Shown: piece by piece, positions 36,353-47,107 of the stretch
Layout of the letters: each line of letters begins with the position of its first letter
How positions within the stretch are numbered: the stretch's first letter is position 1
Source: Blastocatellia bacterium
Lineage (GTDB): Bacteria; Acidobacteriota; Blastocatellia; UBA7656
DNA: 64,000 nucleotides
Reading direction: 5' to 3'
Assembly: GCA_049273855.1 (NCBI GenBank)
Contig: JBASRN010000022.1
Span: 10,907-74,906 of the forward strand
Position numbers and translations under genes: made by a program
Notes under the pieces: model-generated
The model's input: the letters and a program-made list of their open reading frames with translations, nothing else
Told to the model about the DNA's origin: nothing
The model's database searches: none

Positions 36353-36843
36353 GTCAACGCGCCCCGCATCGGGTAGCCGCTGCATTAGGTCGGGTCGTTG
36401 AACCCGCTTGCGCCCAGTTGACGCTACCGCCCGGTTGCGGGTGGCGCACTGAGTCACCGGATCGACGAGTCGTTCTCAACCTGACTTCTTGTTGACTCAC
36501 AAATTGACGGCATGGTAAACGTTGCCGCATGTCAGCTACGATCCGGCCCAGCGCGCCAACGTATCCGGCAGCTTACTTCCTTCGCGCCACTTATTCATCA
36601 GCTCGTACAATTCCTCACGCCATAATCCACGACTCCGTCCGCGTCGGAACCATTCATCACTCGAGGTTCCCTGACTGGATCTACTACTCGTATGCAGGAG
36701 CGGATAACGTGGTCCGGATTGGACGAATGGCGGTTGCAGCCACCACTCACCGGTGCGCATGGTCTGGCCGAAAGTGTGTCGTTTCCGGGAGACATTGTGG
36801 TTCTGGCCGAGAGTTATCGGCTTCTGTGTGAGGTTGGTGCGCG

Positions 36844-38583
36844 ATGGAAATATCTTCTCACGATGTGCTCCTGGTCGGCGGCGGAGGGGCGGGCCTGCGC
36901 GCGGCCATTGCCGTGGCCGAGGTCAACCCAAAGCTTAACGTGGCGGTCGTCTCGAAGGTCTACCCGATGCGCAGCCACACGGTCTCGGCCGAGGGCGGCG
37001 CCGCTGCGGTTATCAAACCAGACGACAGCCTGGACGAGCACGCGTACGACACGATTTCAGGCGGCGACTGGATGACCGATCAGGACGCGGTCGAAGCCTT
37101 TGTCAAAGAAGCTCCCGAGGAGATGCTGCAGCTCGAGCACTGGGGCTGCCCCTGGAATCGCGAGCCGGACGGCCACATCGCGGTTCGAGCTTTCGGCGGC
37201 ATGAAGAAAAAGCGCACGTGGTTTGCCGCCGACAAGACCGGTTTCCACATGCTCCACACTCTCTTTCAGACCTCGCTCAAGTACAACGCCATAACGCGCT
37301 ACGACGAATTCTTCGTGACCAGGCTGCTGGTCGACGATGGTCAGGTGCACGGAGTCGTCGCCATCGAGCTGATGTCAGGAAAGATTCATGCCATCCTGGC
37401 GAAGGCCGTGATTCTGTGCACGGGCGGCTGTGGCCGCGTGTTTCCTTTCACGACTAATGCCAGCATCAAGAACGGGGACGGCATGGGGCTGGCCTACCGA
37501 GCAGGCGCGCCGCTTAAGGACATGGAATTCATCCAGTACCATCCGACGGGGCTGCCATTCACCGGCATCCTGATCACCGAGGCAACGCGATCCGAAGGCG
37601 GCTACTTGATCAACAAGGATGGCTATCGTTACTTGCAAGACTACGATCTAGGAACACCGCAGCCGAAACCGGTGCTGCGCTCGATGGAGCTAGGCCCGCG
37701 GGACCGCTTGTCGCAGGCATTTGTAAAAGAGATGGAGATGGGCCGCACCATCGAAACGCCTTATGGTCAGGTCGTCTATTTGGACATCCGGCACCTCGGG
37801 GAGAAAGTTATAAACAGCAAGCTGCCCTTTGTCCGTGAGCTGTGCCTGAAGTATGAGAACATCGATCCGGTCAAACAGTTGATTCCGGTGAGGCCTGTGG
37901 TGCACTACATGATGGGCGGCGTGCACACCGATATCAACGGAGCTACGCCGCTCAGAGGTTTGTTTGCGGCTGGCGAAGTCGCCTGTGTCAGCATCAATGG
38001 AGCGAACCGGCTGGGTTCGAATTCACTGACTGAGTTGCTGGTCTTCGGCGCCCGAGCCGGAAGAGCAGCGGCCGCTTTTGCGTCCGAACAGAAAGAACCT
38101 GCCGGCCAGATTCTGGCGCAGGCGATGGATGAGAATCGCCGGCTCGAGCAGTTCTTAGGCAAAACTGGAGGCAGTGAGCGGATCGCGACCGTCAGAGAAG
38201 AGATGCAAAGGACGATGGAGAACGGCGCGGGCATCTACCGAACGGGAGAAACTCTTGCGCAGTCGGCCGAGAACATCCACAGGCTCAAGGAGCGCTATCG
38301 GGACGTCGTGATCGAAGACCACAGTCGCACTTTCAACACTGAACTGACTGCGGCGCTCGAGCTGTCGTTCATGCTGGACGTTGCGGAAGCGATGGTGCAG
38401 TGCGCTTTGCACAGGACGGAATCTCGCGGGGCTCACCAGCGCACGGATTTCCCGAAACGGGACGATGAGAAGTTTTTGGCGCACTCGCTTGTTTACCGGG
38501 ATGAAGATGGCACATCACGAGTAGAGTACCTGCCGGTGACAATCACTCGCTGGCCGCCCGGCGAGCGTGTGTACGGAAAGTAG
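36844..38583 (+). CDS. frdA: Fumarate reductase/succinate dehydrogenase flavoprotein subunit (E. coli FrdA-like)
   Basis: [27 protein letters not shown] covalent-FAD His, [10 protein letters not shown], and [10 protein letters not shown]. Confidence 0.93.
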   Translation: MEISSHDVLLVGGGGAGLRAAIAVAEVNPKLNVAVVSKVYPMRSHTVSAEGGAAAVIKPDDSLDEHAYDTISGGDWMTDQDAVEAFVKEAPEEMLQLEHWGCPWNREPDGHIAVRAFGGMKKKRTWFAADKTGFHMLHTLFQTSLKYNAITRYDEFFVTRLLVDDGQVHGVVAIELMSGKIHAILAKAVILCTGGCGRVFPFTTNASIKNGDGMGLAYRAGAPLKDMEFIQYHPTGLPFTGILITEATRSEGGYLINKDGYRYLQDYDLGTPQPKPVLRSMELGPRDRLSQAFVKEMEMGRTIETPYGQVVYLDIRHLGEKVINSKLPFVRELCLKYENIDPVKQLIPVRPVVHYMMGGVHTDINGATPLRGLFAAGEVACVSINGANRLGSNSLTELLVFGARAGRAAAAFASEQKEPAGQILAQAMDENRRLEQFLGKTGGSERIATVREEMQRTMENGAGIYRTGETLAQSAENIHRLKERYRDVVIEDHSRTFNTELTAALELSFMLDVAEAMVQCALHRTESRGAHQRTDFPKRDDEKFLAHSLVYRDEDGTSRVEYLPVTITRWPPGERVYGK

Positions 38584-38619
38584 GCCCGTAAGTATGGCAC
38601 ACCGCGACAGGGATAGAAT

Positions 38620-39363
38620 ATGGCTGAAAAAATCACGCTCAACGTTGCCCGCTATCGCCCCGAACACGAGACCGAGCCCACCTTTGACAGCTTCGAGGTG
38701 CCGCTCCGCGATGACTGGGTCGTGCTCGACGCGCTGAATTACATCAAGGACCGAGTGGACGGATCGCTCGCCTACCGTTGGTCTTGCCGGATGGGGGTGT
38801 GCGGCAGCTGCGGGATGATGGTCAACGGAGAGCCGAAGCTGACTTGCGCCACTTTCTTGTCGCACTACAAACCGGGTCCGGTTCGCGTCGAGCCGCTGCG
38901 TTACTTCCCAGTCGTGCGCGATCTCGTCATTGAAATGACTGATTTCATGGTCAAGCTCAGGAGCGTGAAGCCGTGGATTGTGCGCGAGGACGAGAAGCCG
39001 CTTTCCGAAGGCGAGTACCTGCAAACGCCGGAGCAGTTGGACGACTACAAGCAGTTCAGCATGTGCATCAACTGCATGTTGTGCTATGCCGCGTGTCCGG
39101 TCTACGGGTTGGACCAGCATTTCATTGGTCCGGCGGCGATCGCCCTGGCCCAGCGCTACAACAAGGACTCGCGCGATCAGGGGTCCGCGGAGCGCCTCGA
39201 CATTCTCTCGCAGCACGAGGGGATTTGGGGATGCACCTTCGTTGGCGAGTGCACCAAAGTTTGCCCCAAAAACGTTGATCCGGCCGGAGCGATTCAGCAG
39301 TACAAGCTGACCGCCACCAAAGAGTGGTTCAAGGATTTCTTGATGCCGTGGAGGGCGCGATGA
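38620..39363 (+). CDS. frdB: Fumarate reductase iron-sulfur subunit
   Basis: The three Cys clusters are [22 protein letters not shown] and [12 protein letters not shown]. Confidence 0.93.
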   Translation: MAEKITLNVARYRPEHETEPTFDSFEVPLRDDWVVLDALNYIKDRVDGSLAYRWSCRMGVCGSCGMMVNGEPKLTCATFLSHYKPGPVRVEPLRYFPVVRDLVIEMTDFMVKLRSVKPWIVREDEKPLSEGEYLQTPEQLDDYKQFSMCINCMLCYAACPVYGLDQHFIGPAAIALAQRYNKDSRDQGSAERLDILSQHEGIWGCTFVGECTKVCPKNVDPAGAIQQYKLTATKEWFKDFLMPWRAR

Positions 39364-39776
39364 ACCAGACGCCAATCTACACCCACCACCATCCCAGATG
39401 GTATCGCAAGAGAGTGTCGACCTACTGGTGGACTCAACAGTGGAGTTACCTGAAGTTCACCCTGCGAGAGCTGACCAGCCTTTCCGTTGCTTACTTCGTG
39501 GTGATTCTGTTGCTCCAGGTCGCGGCCTTGAACCAGGGTCCGGACGCGTACACCAGGTTTCAGGAATGGTTGAAGACGCCCGTTGCAATCGTTCTGAATG
39601 TCATCGCTTTGTTCTTTGTGCTCTTTCACACGATCACCTGGTTCAACCTCGCGCCGCAGGCGATGCCGGTACGGGTTCGAGGGAAGCGGCTGCCGGACTG
39701 GATGGTTTCAGCGCCCAACTACGTGGCGTGGGTTGTGATCTCGGCTGTTGTGGCCTGGCTCATCGTGAGGAAATGA
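39360..39776 (+). CDS. frdC: Fumarate reductase membrane anchor subunit C
   Basis: The ATG overlaps the frdB stop (ATGA). STYWW, LRELTS, NQGPDAY and [12 protein letters not shown] parallel E. coli FrdC STWWKK, LREGTA, NGPEAW and HTKTWFELAPKA. Confidence 0.85.
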   Translation: MNQTPIYTHHHPRWYRKRVSTYWWTQQWSYLKFTLRELTSLSVAYFVVILLLQVAALNQGPDAYTRFQEWLKTPVAIVLNVIALFFVLFHTITWFNLAPQAMPVRVRGKRLPDWMVSAPNYVAWVVISAVVAWLIVRK

Positions 39777-39777
39777 G

Positions 39778-40131
39778 ATGGCGAAGAGATCGAATGAACC
39801 ATTTCTCTGGACGCTGTTCAGTTCGGGAGGTGTTGTAGCCGCCTTCCTGATCCCCGTACTCTTGTTTTTGTACGGGCTGGCGTTCCCGCTGGGATGGCTT
39901 GACCCTCCCAGCTATCAGAGCACGCTGGCTCTGTTCAGGCGCCCGTTGACTCGGCTCGTGCTATTTGTTCTGTGCTCGCTGCCGCTGTTCCACTGGGCCC
40001 ATCGTTTTCGCTTCACACTTTACGATGGTTTGCAGATAAAGCACTTGAACGAAGTGATCAATGTCCTCTGCTATGGCGGAGCGGTCATCGGAACCGCTAT
40101 AGCCGGATACTTGTTGTGGAACATTCCTTAG
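39778..40131 (+). CDS. frdD: Fumarate reductase membrane anchor subunit D
   Basis: SNEPFLWTLFSSGGVVAAFLIPVLL parallels E. coli FrdD [26 protein letters not shown]. There is a 1-nt gap after frdC. Confidence 0.85.
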   Translation: MAKRSNEPFLWTLFSSGGVVAAFLIPVLLFLYGLAFPLGWLDPPSYQSTLALFRRPLTRLVLFVLCSLPLFHWAHRFRFTLYDGLQIKHLNEVINVLCYGGAVIGTAIAGYLLWNIP

Positions 40132-40172
40132 GTCTAGAAAAAACAGTGGCAACATAAGGTCAGGAGCGCGTC

Positions 40173-40670
40173 ATGTTCGAACTTAAACCGCTAAACAAAG
40201 AAGCGATCCCTGCAGCTCTCGAGAAGGCGATGCGGTATCGACTGCTCAACGAGCCGGGCGCGGCCGAGAGCATCTGTCTGGACGTGCTACGGATTGAGCC
40301 GGAGAATCAACAAGCTCTGGTGACGCTTGTACTGGCGATGACCGATCGATTGGCGAAAGACTATGCGGTCGGCGACGCGCAAATTCGGGATGTGCTGGCG
40401 CGGCTTCGAGATGAGTACGAGCGAACCTACTACACCGGAATATTTTGGGAGCGGCGCGCGAAAGCTCGACTCACCAAGGGCACACCCGGAGCGGAGTTTG
40501 CGGCTTATGATTGGTTCCGCGAAGCGATGAACTGGTTCGCGAAAGCCGAAGCGCTCCGCCCGGCTGGGAACGACGACGCGATACTCCGATGGAACTCCTG
40601 CGCACGAATCATAACGGCTAACAATCTTACTACGAGGCCCGAGGAGTACGCAGAGCACTTCCTTGAGTAG
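40173..40670 (+). CDS. Hypothetical helical (TPR-like) protein
   Basis: ATG with AGGAGCG upstream. The product is an all-helical 165 aa with no recognised domain. Confidence 0.55.
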   Translation: MFELKPLNKEAIPAALEKAMRYRLLNEPGAAESICLDVLRIEPENQQALVTLVLAMTDRLAKDYAVGDAQIRDVLARLRDEYERTYYTGIFWERRAKARLTKGTPGAEFAAYDWFREAMNWFAKAEALRPAGNDDAILRWNSCARIITANNLTTRPEEYAEHFLE

Positions 40671-40787
40671 TCAATCCCAACTGGTCGACGCCCGCGGAAG
40701 TCAGAAAGTAGCTCAACGCGGAGGCGTGTCCAGGCGTGATCACCTGCTACTCAAGCCAGCCCTACCACTGCTAAACCACAGCATTGA

Positions 40788-41699
40788 TCAAGCTGCGGGA
40801 GCCTTGCGCAAACTGGCGACCTTTGAGGCGGCAACGAACAGGAGAGAAAGCGCAATGCACGCCGCAAGCTCGTACTGAAGGTAGAGTGCCGTGTCGCGCT
40901 TCCCTGTCAAACGAATTCTGCCTGACCATCGCTGATCAAACATCCTGAGGATCTCGAACCACGAGCAAAGACCAAACGCCGTGGTTGCGATGAAGAACGC
41001 AAGTAAGTCTTTCGGTAGCGTCGAGAACAAGTTGTTCAGTCGGACCGAAGCCAGGTCACGGCGTGCCTCAGGGCGGCGCTGCGTGAGCGCGAGGAAAATC
41101 CCGGCTGCGGCGATGAACGCGATGACTCCGAGAAAATCGTAAAATAAATCGTTCGCTGTGTCGTCCCAGGTGTGGATACGAGTGAAATCCCCGTAGAACA
41201 GCTCATCCCAGAGCTCAAGGATCTCATACCAGCCGCAATAGGTGAAGGCTACGGATGTCGAAAGAAAAGCGAGGAGTCGGCCAGAGAGCCTGAATCCGAT
41301 TCGCATTGTACCTGCGCTCAACAACCAATATGCTGCGATTGCCGAAAAGCCCGAACCAGCAAAGTGCGCGAACTCATCGTAATCTCTCAACGGCCCGAAC
41401 GGATTGCCGTACAACCCGAGCTTGTTACCCAAAATATCGACTGCCACCGCGGCAGCAAGGGAGAAAACGACAAAAAGCGGGGCGGCCAGTTTCTGTCGAA
41501 ACCTGAAATAGAGATAGAAGAATACTAGCAGCGAACAGGTGTACAAAGTGTTGACCAGCCACTCGCGATACGGCAGCCTGATCAACAACATTGACTTGCC
41601 GGCGAAGCTCAATATGCAAAACGCGTAGAATTCAATCTGTCTGTAGATCCACTTGGCGGTCGGCGCGGCGGCGACGTTTTCCATAGTCAACACTCCCAC
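40788..41699 (-). CDS. Hypothetical polytopic membrane protein
   Basis: About 8 predicted TM helices, aromatic-rich. I recognise no family. Confidence 0.6.
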   Translation of the reverse strand: MGVLTMENVAAAPTAKWIYRQIEFYAFCILSFAGKSMLLIRLPYREWLVNTLYTCSLLVFFYLYFRFRQKLAAPLFVVFSLAAAVAVDILGNKLGLYGNPFGPLRDYDEFAHFAGSGFSAIAAYWLLSAGTMRIGFRLSGRLLAFLSTSVAFTYCGWYEILELWDELFYGDFTRIHTWDDTANDLFYDFLGVIAFIAAAGIFLALTQRRPEARRDLASVRLNNLFSTLPKDLLAFFIATTAFGLCSWFEILRMFDQRWSGRIRLTGKRDTALYLQYELAACIALSLLFVAASKVASLRKAPAA

Positions 41700-41851
41700 G
41701 ACAAGGTGGCTCCAAGTTTCGAGAGCATACCAAAAACGATCTGACCGCGCAGGCGCTTAGAGCTCGACTGACTGGTTTTGGTTGCTCGAGCCTCCATGGT
41801 CAGACTTCCATCGTTCGTGATAATTTGTCGATCACCGTCTCAAAGAAAAAC

Positions 41852-43066
41852 ATGGCCTCGACTGTCCCTGACAACATCGGTGCAAACAACCAGGCACTCG
41901 TTGCTGAGCTTCGGCGGTTTTCCACATTCGAAGAGCTGCGGGGGTCTCCATTCTATCGCTCACACGAAGCGGAGATTCGCAAACTGCTGGACGAACCGCG
42001 GGTCTACGTTGTCCCCGAGGCTCGACCGCGCTTGCGATCGTTTCTCAGGGTGGTGGAATGGAACGTCGAACGCGGCGCGCGCCTCAGTGGAATCATTGAA
42101 GCCTTAAATCATCACCCGGTGCTCCGGTTTGCGGACCTGTTGCTGTTGAACGAGCTTGACGACGGAATGGTTCGCTCGGGGAACGTCAACGTCGCCGTTG
42201 AGTTGAGTCGCGCCCTCGAAGCTCACGCAGTGTATGGAGTCGAGTACCTCGAGTTGACCAAGGGTGCTAGTCACGAGCTGAACTTGCCGGGCGACAACAC
42301 CGCCGCGCTGCATGGCAACGCGATACTCACTAGGTACTCATTCTCGAAACCCGAAGTTGTGCGCTTGACCCGTTGTGAGAACAATTTCGAGAGCACAGAA
42401 CGAAGATTGGGCGGACGCATCGGCCTCTTAGTCGATCTCGAAATCACGGGGGCCCACTTAACCGTTGCTACAACTCATTTGGATGTCGTAGACTCTCCGC
42501 GCTGTCGAGCCAAACAGATGCGCGCGATGCTTGAAGCACTGGATCGGCGTGTCAAACCTCCGTGCGCGGGTGTCTCCAGTATCGTCGTTGGCGGCGATCT
42601 GAATACTCATACCTTCGCCCGCGGCGGGCGGCTGCGAACGATGAAGAACACGGCGCTTATTCTTGGCAGCAAGCCCCAAAGCCTTTCGGATCGCCTGCTA
42701 AACCCCGAGCGTATAGAGCCAGCCTTGGGCCAGTTCTCGCGCTTCGGTTACGAGACCAGCGGTCTGAACGATCGCGAGCCAACCAGCCGAAGCGTAGTGT
42801 CTGCGCTTGATGATTCCAGCCGTCTACCGCTGCCGATGAAGTGGTGGGTGCGAAAGCGCGTACCCCCCGAGGGCTTGCTTCTGGAGTTCCGCCTCGACTG
42901 GTTGGCTGCTCGGGGGTTGAAGCCGCTCGCGAGTTGTGAGGCCACCGACCGAGACACGGGTGTTCCAAGCATAGCTGCACAAACGATCGCCGGACTTACT
43001 CAAGAAGGACAACCCCTCTCCGATCACGATCCGATCGTGGTTGACATGAAGGTTCCTCGCCCATGA
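41852..43066 (+). CDS. Endonuclease/exonuclease/phosphatase (EEP) family protein
   Basis: VVEWNVERG, LLLNELD, ATTHLD and LSDHDPIVVDM are EEP catalytic motifs. The start is taken at ATG 41852. Confidence 0.75.
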   Translation: MASTVPDNIGANNQALVAELRRFSTFEELRGSPFYRSHEAEIRKLLDEPRVYVVPEARPRLRSFLRVVEWNVERGARLSGIIEALNHHPVLRFADLLLLNELDDGMVRSGNVNVAVELSRALEAHAVYGVEYLELTKGASHELNLPGDNTAALHGNAILTRYSFSKPEVVRLTRCENNFESTERRLGGRIGLLVDLEITGAHLTVATTHLDVVDSPRCRAKQMRAMLEALDRRVKPPCAGVSSIVVGGDLNTHTFARGGRLRTMKNTALILGSKPQSLSDRLLNPERIEPALGQFSRFGYETSGLNDREPTSRSVVSALDDSSRLPLPMKWWVRKRVPPEGLLLEFRLDWLAARGLKPLASCEATDRDTGVPSIAAQTIAGLTQEGQPLSDHDPIVVDMKVPRP

Positions 43067-43666
43067 AATGTGCCGCTGGGGCCGATTCGATTTGACGTTT
43101 GATCTTGCGTGCATTGGGTTTACCAAGAGCGCTGTCGCAAACTCCTATCGCTGCCAACCCCTTCAATCTGACCGAACCGCGTAAGCACGGTGACCGAAGC
43201 TTGGTTGCGACACGCTCTCACAGAGACCGGACGATGACATCGAAGTCCCGTTGCATGAATAGTTAGCCCGAACGGATCCGAGGCGCTGCGTGCTTGGCAT
43301 TGAGCTTGTATATTCACTCGCTGCGCTGAACCACTTCGACCTTTATCCCCGATCGAGCACGTTTAGAGGTTGAGGCTGGACGCGAGACGACTTTGTCAGG
43401 GTGGATGTCAACAATCACCGCAGTGCCTCCGAGACCCCGTTAAGTGATGTTAGGCGCGGCAGCGAGATACGAAGCTGAAAGGAGAGCAAAATCATGACCG
43501 ATGTAAGAACCTGCAGCGGAACGATCTGGGAGACGGGCTGTAGCAAGCTCCGGCTCTTGTGATGGGGCTTTCCATTTAAAAGACTGGACGCCAACCCGCA
43601 GTGCGCGATCGGGTCCAGCAGAGTCAGTCGAGCGGGGACAGGTCTCTGCTCGGTGAGCAGGAAGAA

Positions 43667-46138
43667 ATGGTTTCGATAGAACCGATCAAGAGCGATCTCA
43701 GAAGCTACGGGCCCAAGGGTGTAGCTCTGCTCGTCTGCCTTACTGTGGTTGCCAGTGCGTTGCTGGCGGTCTCGGTCGCAGGGGTTGTAACGGAGCCGAC
43801 CGAGTTTATCCTGTTCTGGGCGGCGCTGGCGCTTGTCATCGCTTTTACGTCTGCTCGCCGTCCAATTCGTTTCCCTGGCACGAACACAGGCGTTTCGGTC
43901 TCCGAGGCGCTGATGTTTCTCGGCGTGATAATGCTTGGGCCGTATCACGGTACGCTGCTAGCCGTATTCGAGATGCTGGTGGCGGTAAAGCGATTGAAAA
44001 TTAAACCGAGCTTGCAACTGTTCAACCTTTCGAACATAACGATCTCGTTTTTTGTAGCCGGGAAGCTCTACTACGCGCTTTCTGACTTTCTCGTGACGCA
44101 CCAGCTTGCGGAAGGCCTGGGTCAAGCTGTGCTCGCATTCGCGTTGCCGCTGATCGGTCTCGCCTTCGCACATTACCTTCTTCACATTCTGGTGTTGGCG
44201 GCGATGTCTGCCGCGCGTGGAACACATAAGGGACAGGCAGTGCGCGACACCCTGCCCTGGGAGCCGGTGACCTATCTGGCGTGCGCCACGATAGCCGGAA
44301 TGGTGCACTACGCATTCCTCAATAAGGGACTGGTGACGACGGCGGTGCTGCTCGTCCTCGTGTTGCCGATCCCGATCATCATCTACTACACGTTTAAGAC
44401 CTATCACGATAAGCTCGGCGAGCAAGAGAGTCACTACGGGGAGCTTACCAGCATTTACGATTCGATTCTCGAGATGCTGGCGATGGCGATCGATGCAAAG
44501 GACGACGTGACTCACGATCACATTCAGCGAGTGAAGCTGTTTGCTCGAAGGATGGGAGAGCGCGTCGGCCTGTCCGAACTGGAGATTGAAGCAGTGAAAG
44601 CAGGCGCCTTGCTACACGACATCGGCAAGATCGGAGTACCTGCGTATATCCTCAACAAGCCGGGCAAGCTCACAGAGCACGAGTTCGAGCAGATGAAGAT
44701 GCACACCATAATTGGCGCGGACATGCTCTCGAACGTCGACTTTCGTTATCCGGTGGTGCCCATTGTGCGGCATCACCACGAGCGATGGGATGGCCGAGGC
44801 TATCCCGACGGATTGAAGGGCGAAGCAATACCTATAACCGCACGCATTCTCACGCTCGTCGATAACTACGATGCGCTACGTTCGGACCGGCCGTACAAGA
44901 CCGGAATGACCCGCGAAGAGGCGCTAGCGTACATCAAGCAGAATGCGGGGACGTTCTTCGATCCAAAACTCGTTGAGATCTTTCTTGCGATGGCGGACGA
45001 ACTTGAAGTTGAAGCGGCGAGCTTCAAAGCTCCGCCCAGCAACACGCGGAGCAAGTCAACCGCCACGATGACAAACGCGAAGCCGGCTGCCGGGCTTGAA
45101 GCCGAGCCTCAGCTTGATCGCGCGACGGCTGCCTTAAACTCGATAGCCGAAACCAATCAGCGCGTGACGGCGCTATACGAAATGTCCCGCACTTTGTCGA
45201 GTATTCTGTCGGTCGAGGACACAGTGGCGATACTGACCAACCGGCTCTCGAAGCTTATACCTTTCACCACCTGCGCGATCTCGCTCTTCGATGCCACCCG
45301 CTCCGAGTTCGAAGTTGTCCATGCCGTCGGACTTAACGCCGAAAGATTCTCGAAGCGAAGAATGCCTGCCGAAGCAGGGATAACCGGCTGGGTCATAACC
45401 AACCAGAGGCCGATGTTCAACACTAATCCCGTGCTCGACCTCGCTTTTCTTGGCTCAGAGACGGCAGGCGAGTACAAGGCCGTTATCGTTTATCCGCTGG
45501 TGAAGAACGGTGAAGCGCTGGGCGCAATCGCGCTTTACTCGACCGAGATCGCGGCCTACGGCAGCGAGCACATTCAATTGATGGAGTCGGCTTCGCAGCC
45601 CGCATCCGACGCCATCCACAATGCGCTCACCTTCGAACAGGCGCAGCAGGCCGCGTTCACTGATCCGCTGACCGGGCTGGCCAGCCTTCGCGCAATTACC
45701 TCACAGTTCGAACGAGAACGATCGAGAAGCCAGCGGCTCGGCCTACCGCTTTCGCTGGTCGCGATCAGCGTTACCACGCTCGACGCGGCTGTTCTGATCG
45801 GCGAGAACGTACTCAACCAGCTCGGCAAACTCATAAGGCAGCAGGTGCGCGAGACCGACCTGGTCGCCCGCCACAGCGGCGACACGTTTGTTGTGTTGTT
45901 GCCTGAAAGCGGCCAGGACGATGTAAGCGATGTGCGCCGCCGGATACGTGAGGCGGTCGAAGAGCTGGCTTTCGCCGGAGGCGTCTGTGTGAGTCTGGGT
46001 TCGGCTACTAGCCCCGGCGATGGCAGCAACTTCGCAGAGCTGTTCCGCGCCGCGACTCTCGACTGCGTTGCCGGCCGCGACAGCCTCGATCTGATACCAG
46101 GTGACTTGGATCATGCGATAGCCGTCCAGATACGGTGA
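43667..46138 (+). CDS. Membrane-bound HD-GYP phosphodiesterase with GAF and degenerate GGDEF domains
   Basis: N-terminal multi-TM module, then HDHIQRV...HDIGKIGVP...HHERWDGRGYPDGL (HD-GYP). A GAF-like region follows. The GGDEF-like C-terminus reads RHSGDTFVVLL in place of GGDEF. Confidence 0.85.
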   Translation: MVSIEPIKSDLRSYGPKGVALLVCLTVVASALLAVSVAGVVTEPTEFILFWAALALVIAFTSARRPIRFPGTNTGVSVSEALMFLGVIMLGPYHGTLLAVFEMLVAVKRLKIKPSLQLFNLSNITISFFVAGKLYYALSDFLVTHQLAEGLGQAVLAFALPLIGLAFAHYLLHILVLAAMSAARGTHKGQAVRDTLPWEPVTYLACATIAGMVHYAFLNKGLVTTAVLLVLVLPIPIIIYYTFKTYHDKLGEQESHYGELTSIYDSILEMLAMAIDAKDDVTHDHIQRVKLFARRMGERVGLSELEIEAVKAGALLHDIGKIGVPAYILNKPGKLTEHEFEQMKMHTIIGADMLSNVDFRYPVVPIVRHHHERWDGRGYPDGLKGEAIPITARILTLVDNYDALRSDRPYKTGMTREEALAYIKQNAGTFFDPKLVEIFLAMADELEVEAASFKAPPSNTRSKSTATMTNAKPAAGLEAEPQLDRATAALNSIAETNQRVTALYEMSRTLSSILSVEDTVAILTNRLSKLIPFTTCAISLFDATRSEFEVVHAVGLNAERFSKRRMPAEAGITGWVITNQRPMFNTNPVLDLAFLGSETAGEYKAVIVYPLVKNGEALGAIALYSTEIAAYGSEHIQLMESASQPASDAIHNALTFEQAQQAAFTDPLTGLASLRAITSQFERERSRSQRLGLPLSLVAISVTTLDAAVLIGENVLNQLGKLIRQQVRETDLVARHSGDTFVVLLPESGQDDVSDVRRRIREAVEELAFAGGVCVSLGSATSPGDGSNFAELFRAATLDCVAGRDSLDLIPGDLDHAIAVQIR

Positions 46139-46353
46139 CCTCGATTCTCTCCAATCAAATTTGGACCTAGTGGCCCGCCTTTGCCGCCCTCATCTCGTTT
46201 CCGATATTCCTTTCCAGGCCGGACTCGCACGTTATACCTAAGAGAAAAGCGCACGCAGGCCCCGTAAGCCGTCCGGGTAATGCGCGTTGACACTCACCTT
46301 CTCAGGTGGCAACCTTGACCAGTCTTGAAGATGACGGAAGGTGAGCTGCTCGA

Positions 46354-47025
46354 ATGACCCTCGACGATCTAAAGATTGGATTGATTGGCGGGACCGGCGA
46401 AGAGGGAAGGGGACTTGCGCTTAGATGGGCGCTCGCGGGCGCGCGAGTTACCATCGGATCACGCGCCATCGAGAAGGCGAAGACCACGGCGGATGAGTTG
46501 AACACGATCATAGGCGGTGATCGGATCGGCTATGCCACAAATCAGGTCGCGATTGCCCGTTCTGAGTTTGTGTTGCTGACCGTGCCGTTCGCGCACGCGG
46601 CTTCAGCTCTCGACGCTCACCGCCAGGATTTTCGTGAAGGCTCGATACTTCTGGACATCACTGTTCCGGTTTTGTTCGAGCAAGGTAGAGTGCTCCACGT
46701 CGACTTGCCCGAAGGTTCGGCAAGCGAGCACTTGCAGTCGCTGCTGCCTTCGTACGTTTCGCTGGTTGCTGCGTTCAAGACCGAGCCGGCTCACTTGCTT
46801 GCCGATACGCACGAGCCCCTGGAGTGCGACTCGTTTGTAGCTAGCGATTCAAAAGAGGCGAAGACGCGAGTGATGAACGCAATCAAGTTCATCGAAGGTC
46901 TCCGGCCAGTCGATGCCGGAACCTTGTACAGCGCGCGCGCGCTGGAGCGAATGACTGTGCTTGCGATAGGTATCAACCGTCGCTACAAAGTTAAGACCGC
47001 ACGCTATCGAATAGTTGGTTTGTAG
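46354..47025 (+). CDS. npdG: NADPH-dependent F420 reductase
   Basis: IGLIGGTGEEGRGLALRWALAGARVTIGSR Rossmann N-terminus. The ~220 aa length and position beside cofD fit. Confidence 0.8.
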   Translation: MTLDDLKIGLIGGTGEEGRGLALRWALAGARVTIGSRAIEKAKTTADELNTIIGGDRIGYATNQVAIARSEFVLLTVPFAHAASALDAHRQDFREGSILLDITVPVLFEQGRVLHVDLPEGSASEHLQSLLPSYVSLVAAFKTEPAHLLADTHEPLECDSFVASDSKEAKTRVMNAIKFIEGLRPVDAGTLYSARALERMTVLAIGINRRYKVKTARYRIVGL

Positions 47026-47107
47026 AGTCATGCGGGGTGCCACTATGCGCGCTCTCGACCCGCCATGCATTCGTTGAACGGGCGCAGCCGGAGGCCCAGC
47101 CGGAACT

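Noticed and set aside
36353-36843. Overlapping ORFs on both strands upstream of frdA (36529-36831 plus, 36536-36760 and 36598-36795 minus).
   Set aside because: They are mutually exclusive frames with odd composition, no RBS and no recognisable domains. The region is left unannotated as the likely frdA promoter and leader.
43494-43562. A 22-aa ORF (MTDVRTCSGTIWETGCSKLRLL) with AAAGGAGAG upstream, in the leader of the HD-GYP gene.
   Set aside because: The RBS is plausible, but the ORF is very short with no hydrophobic or conserved character. I cannot distinguish it from chance without conservation data.
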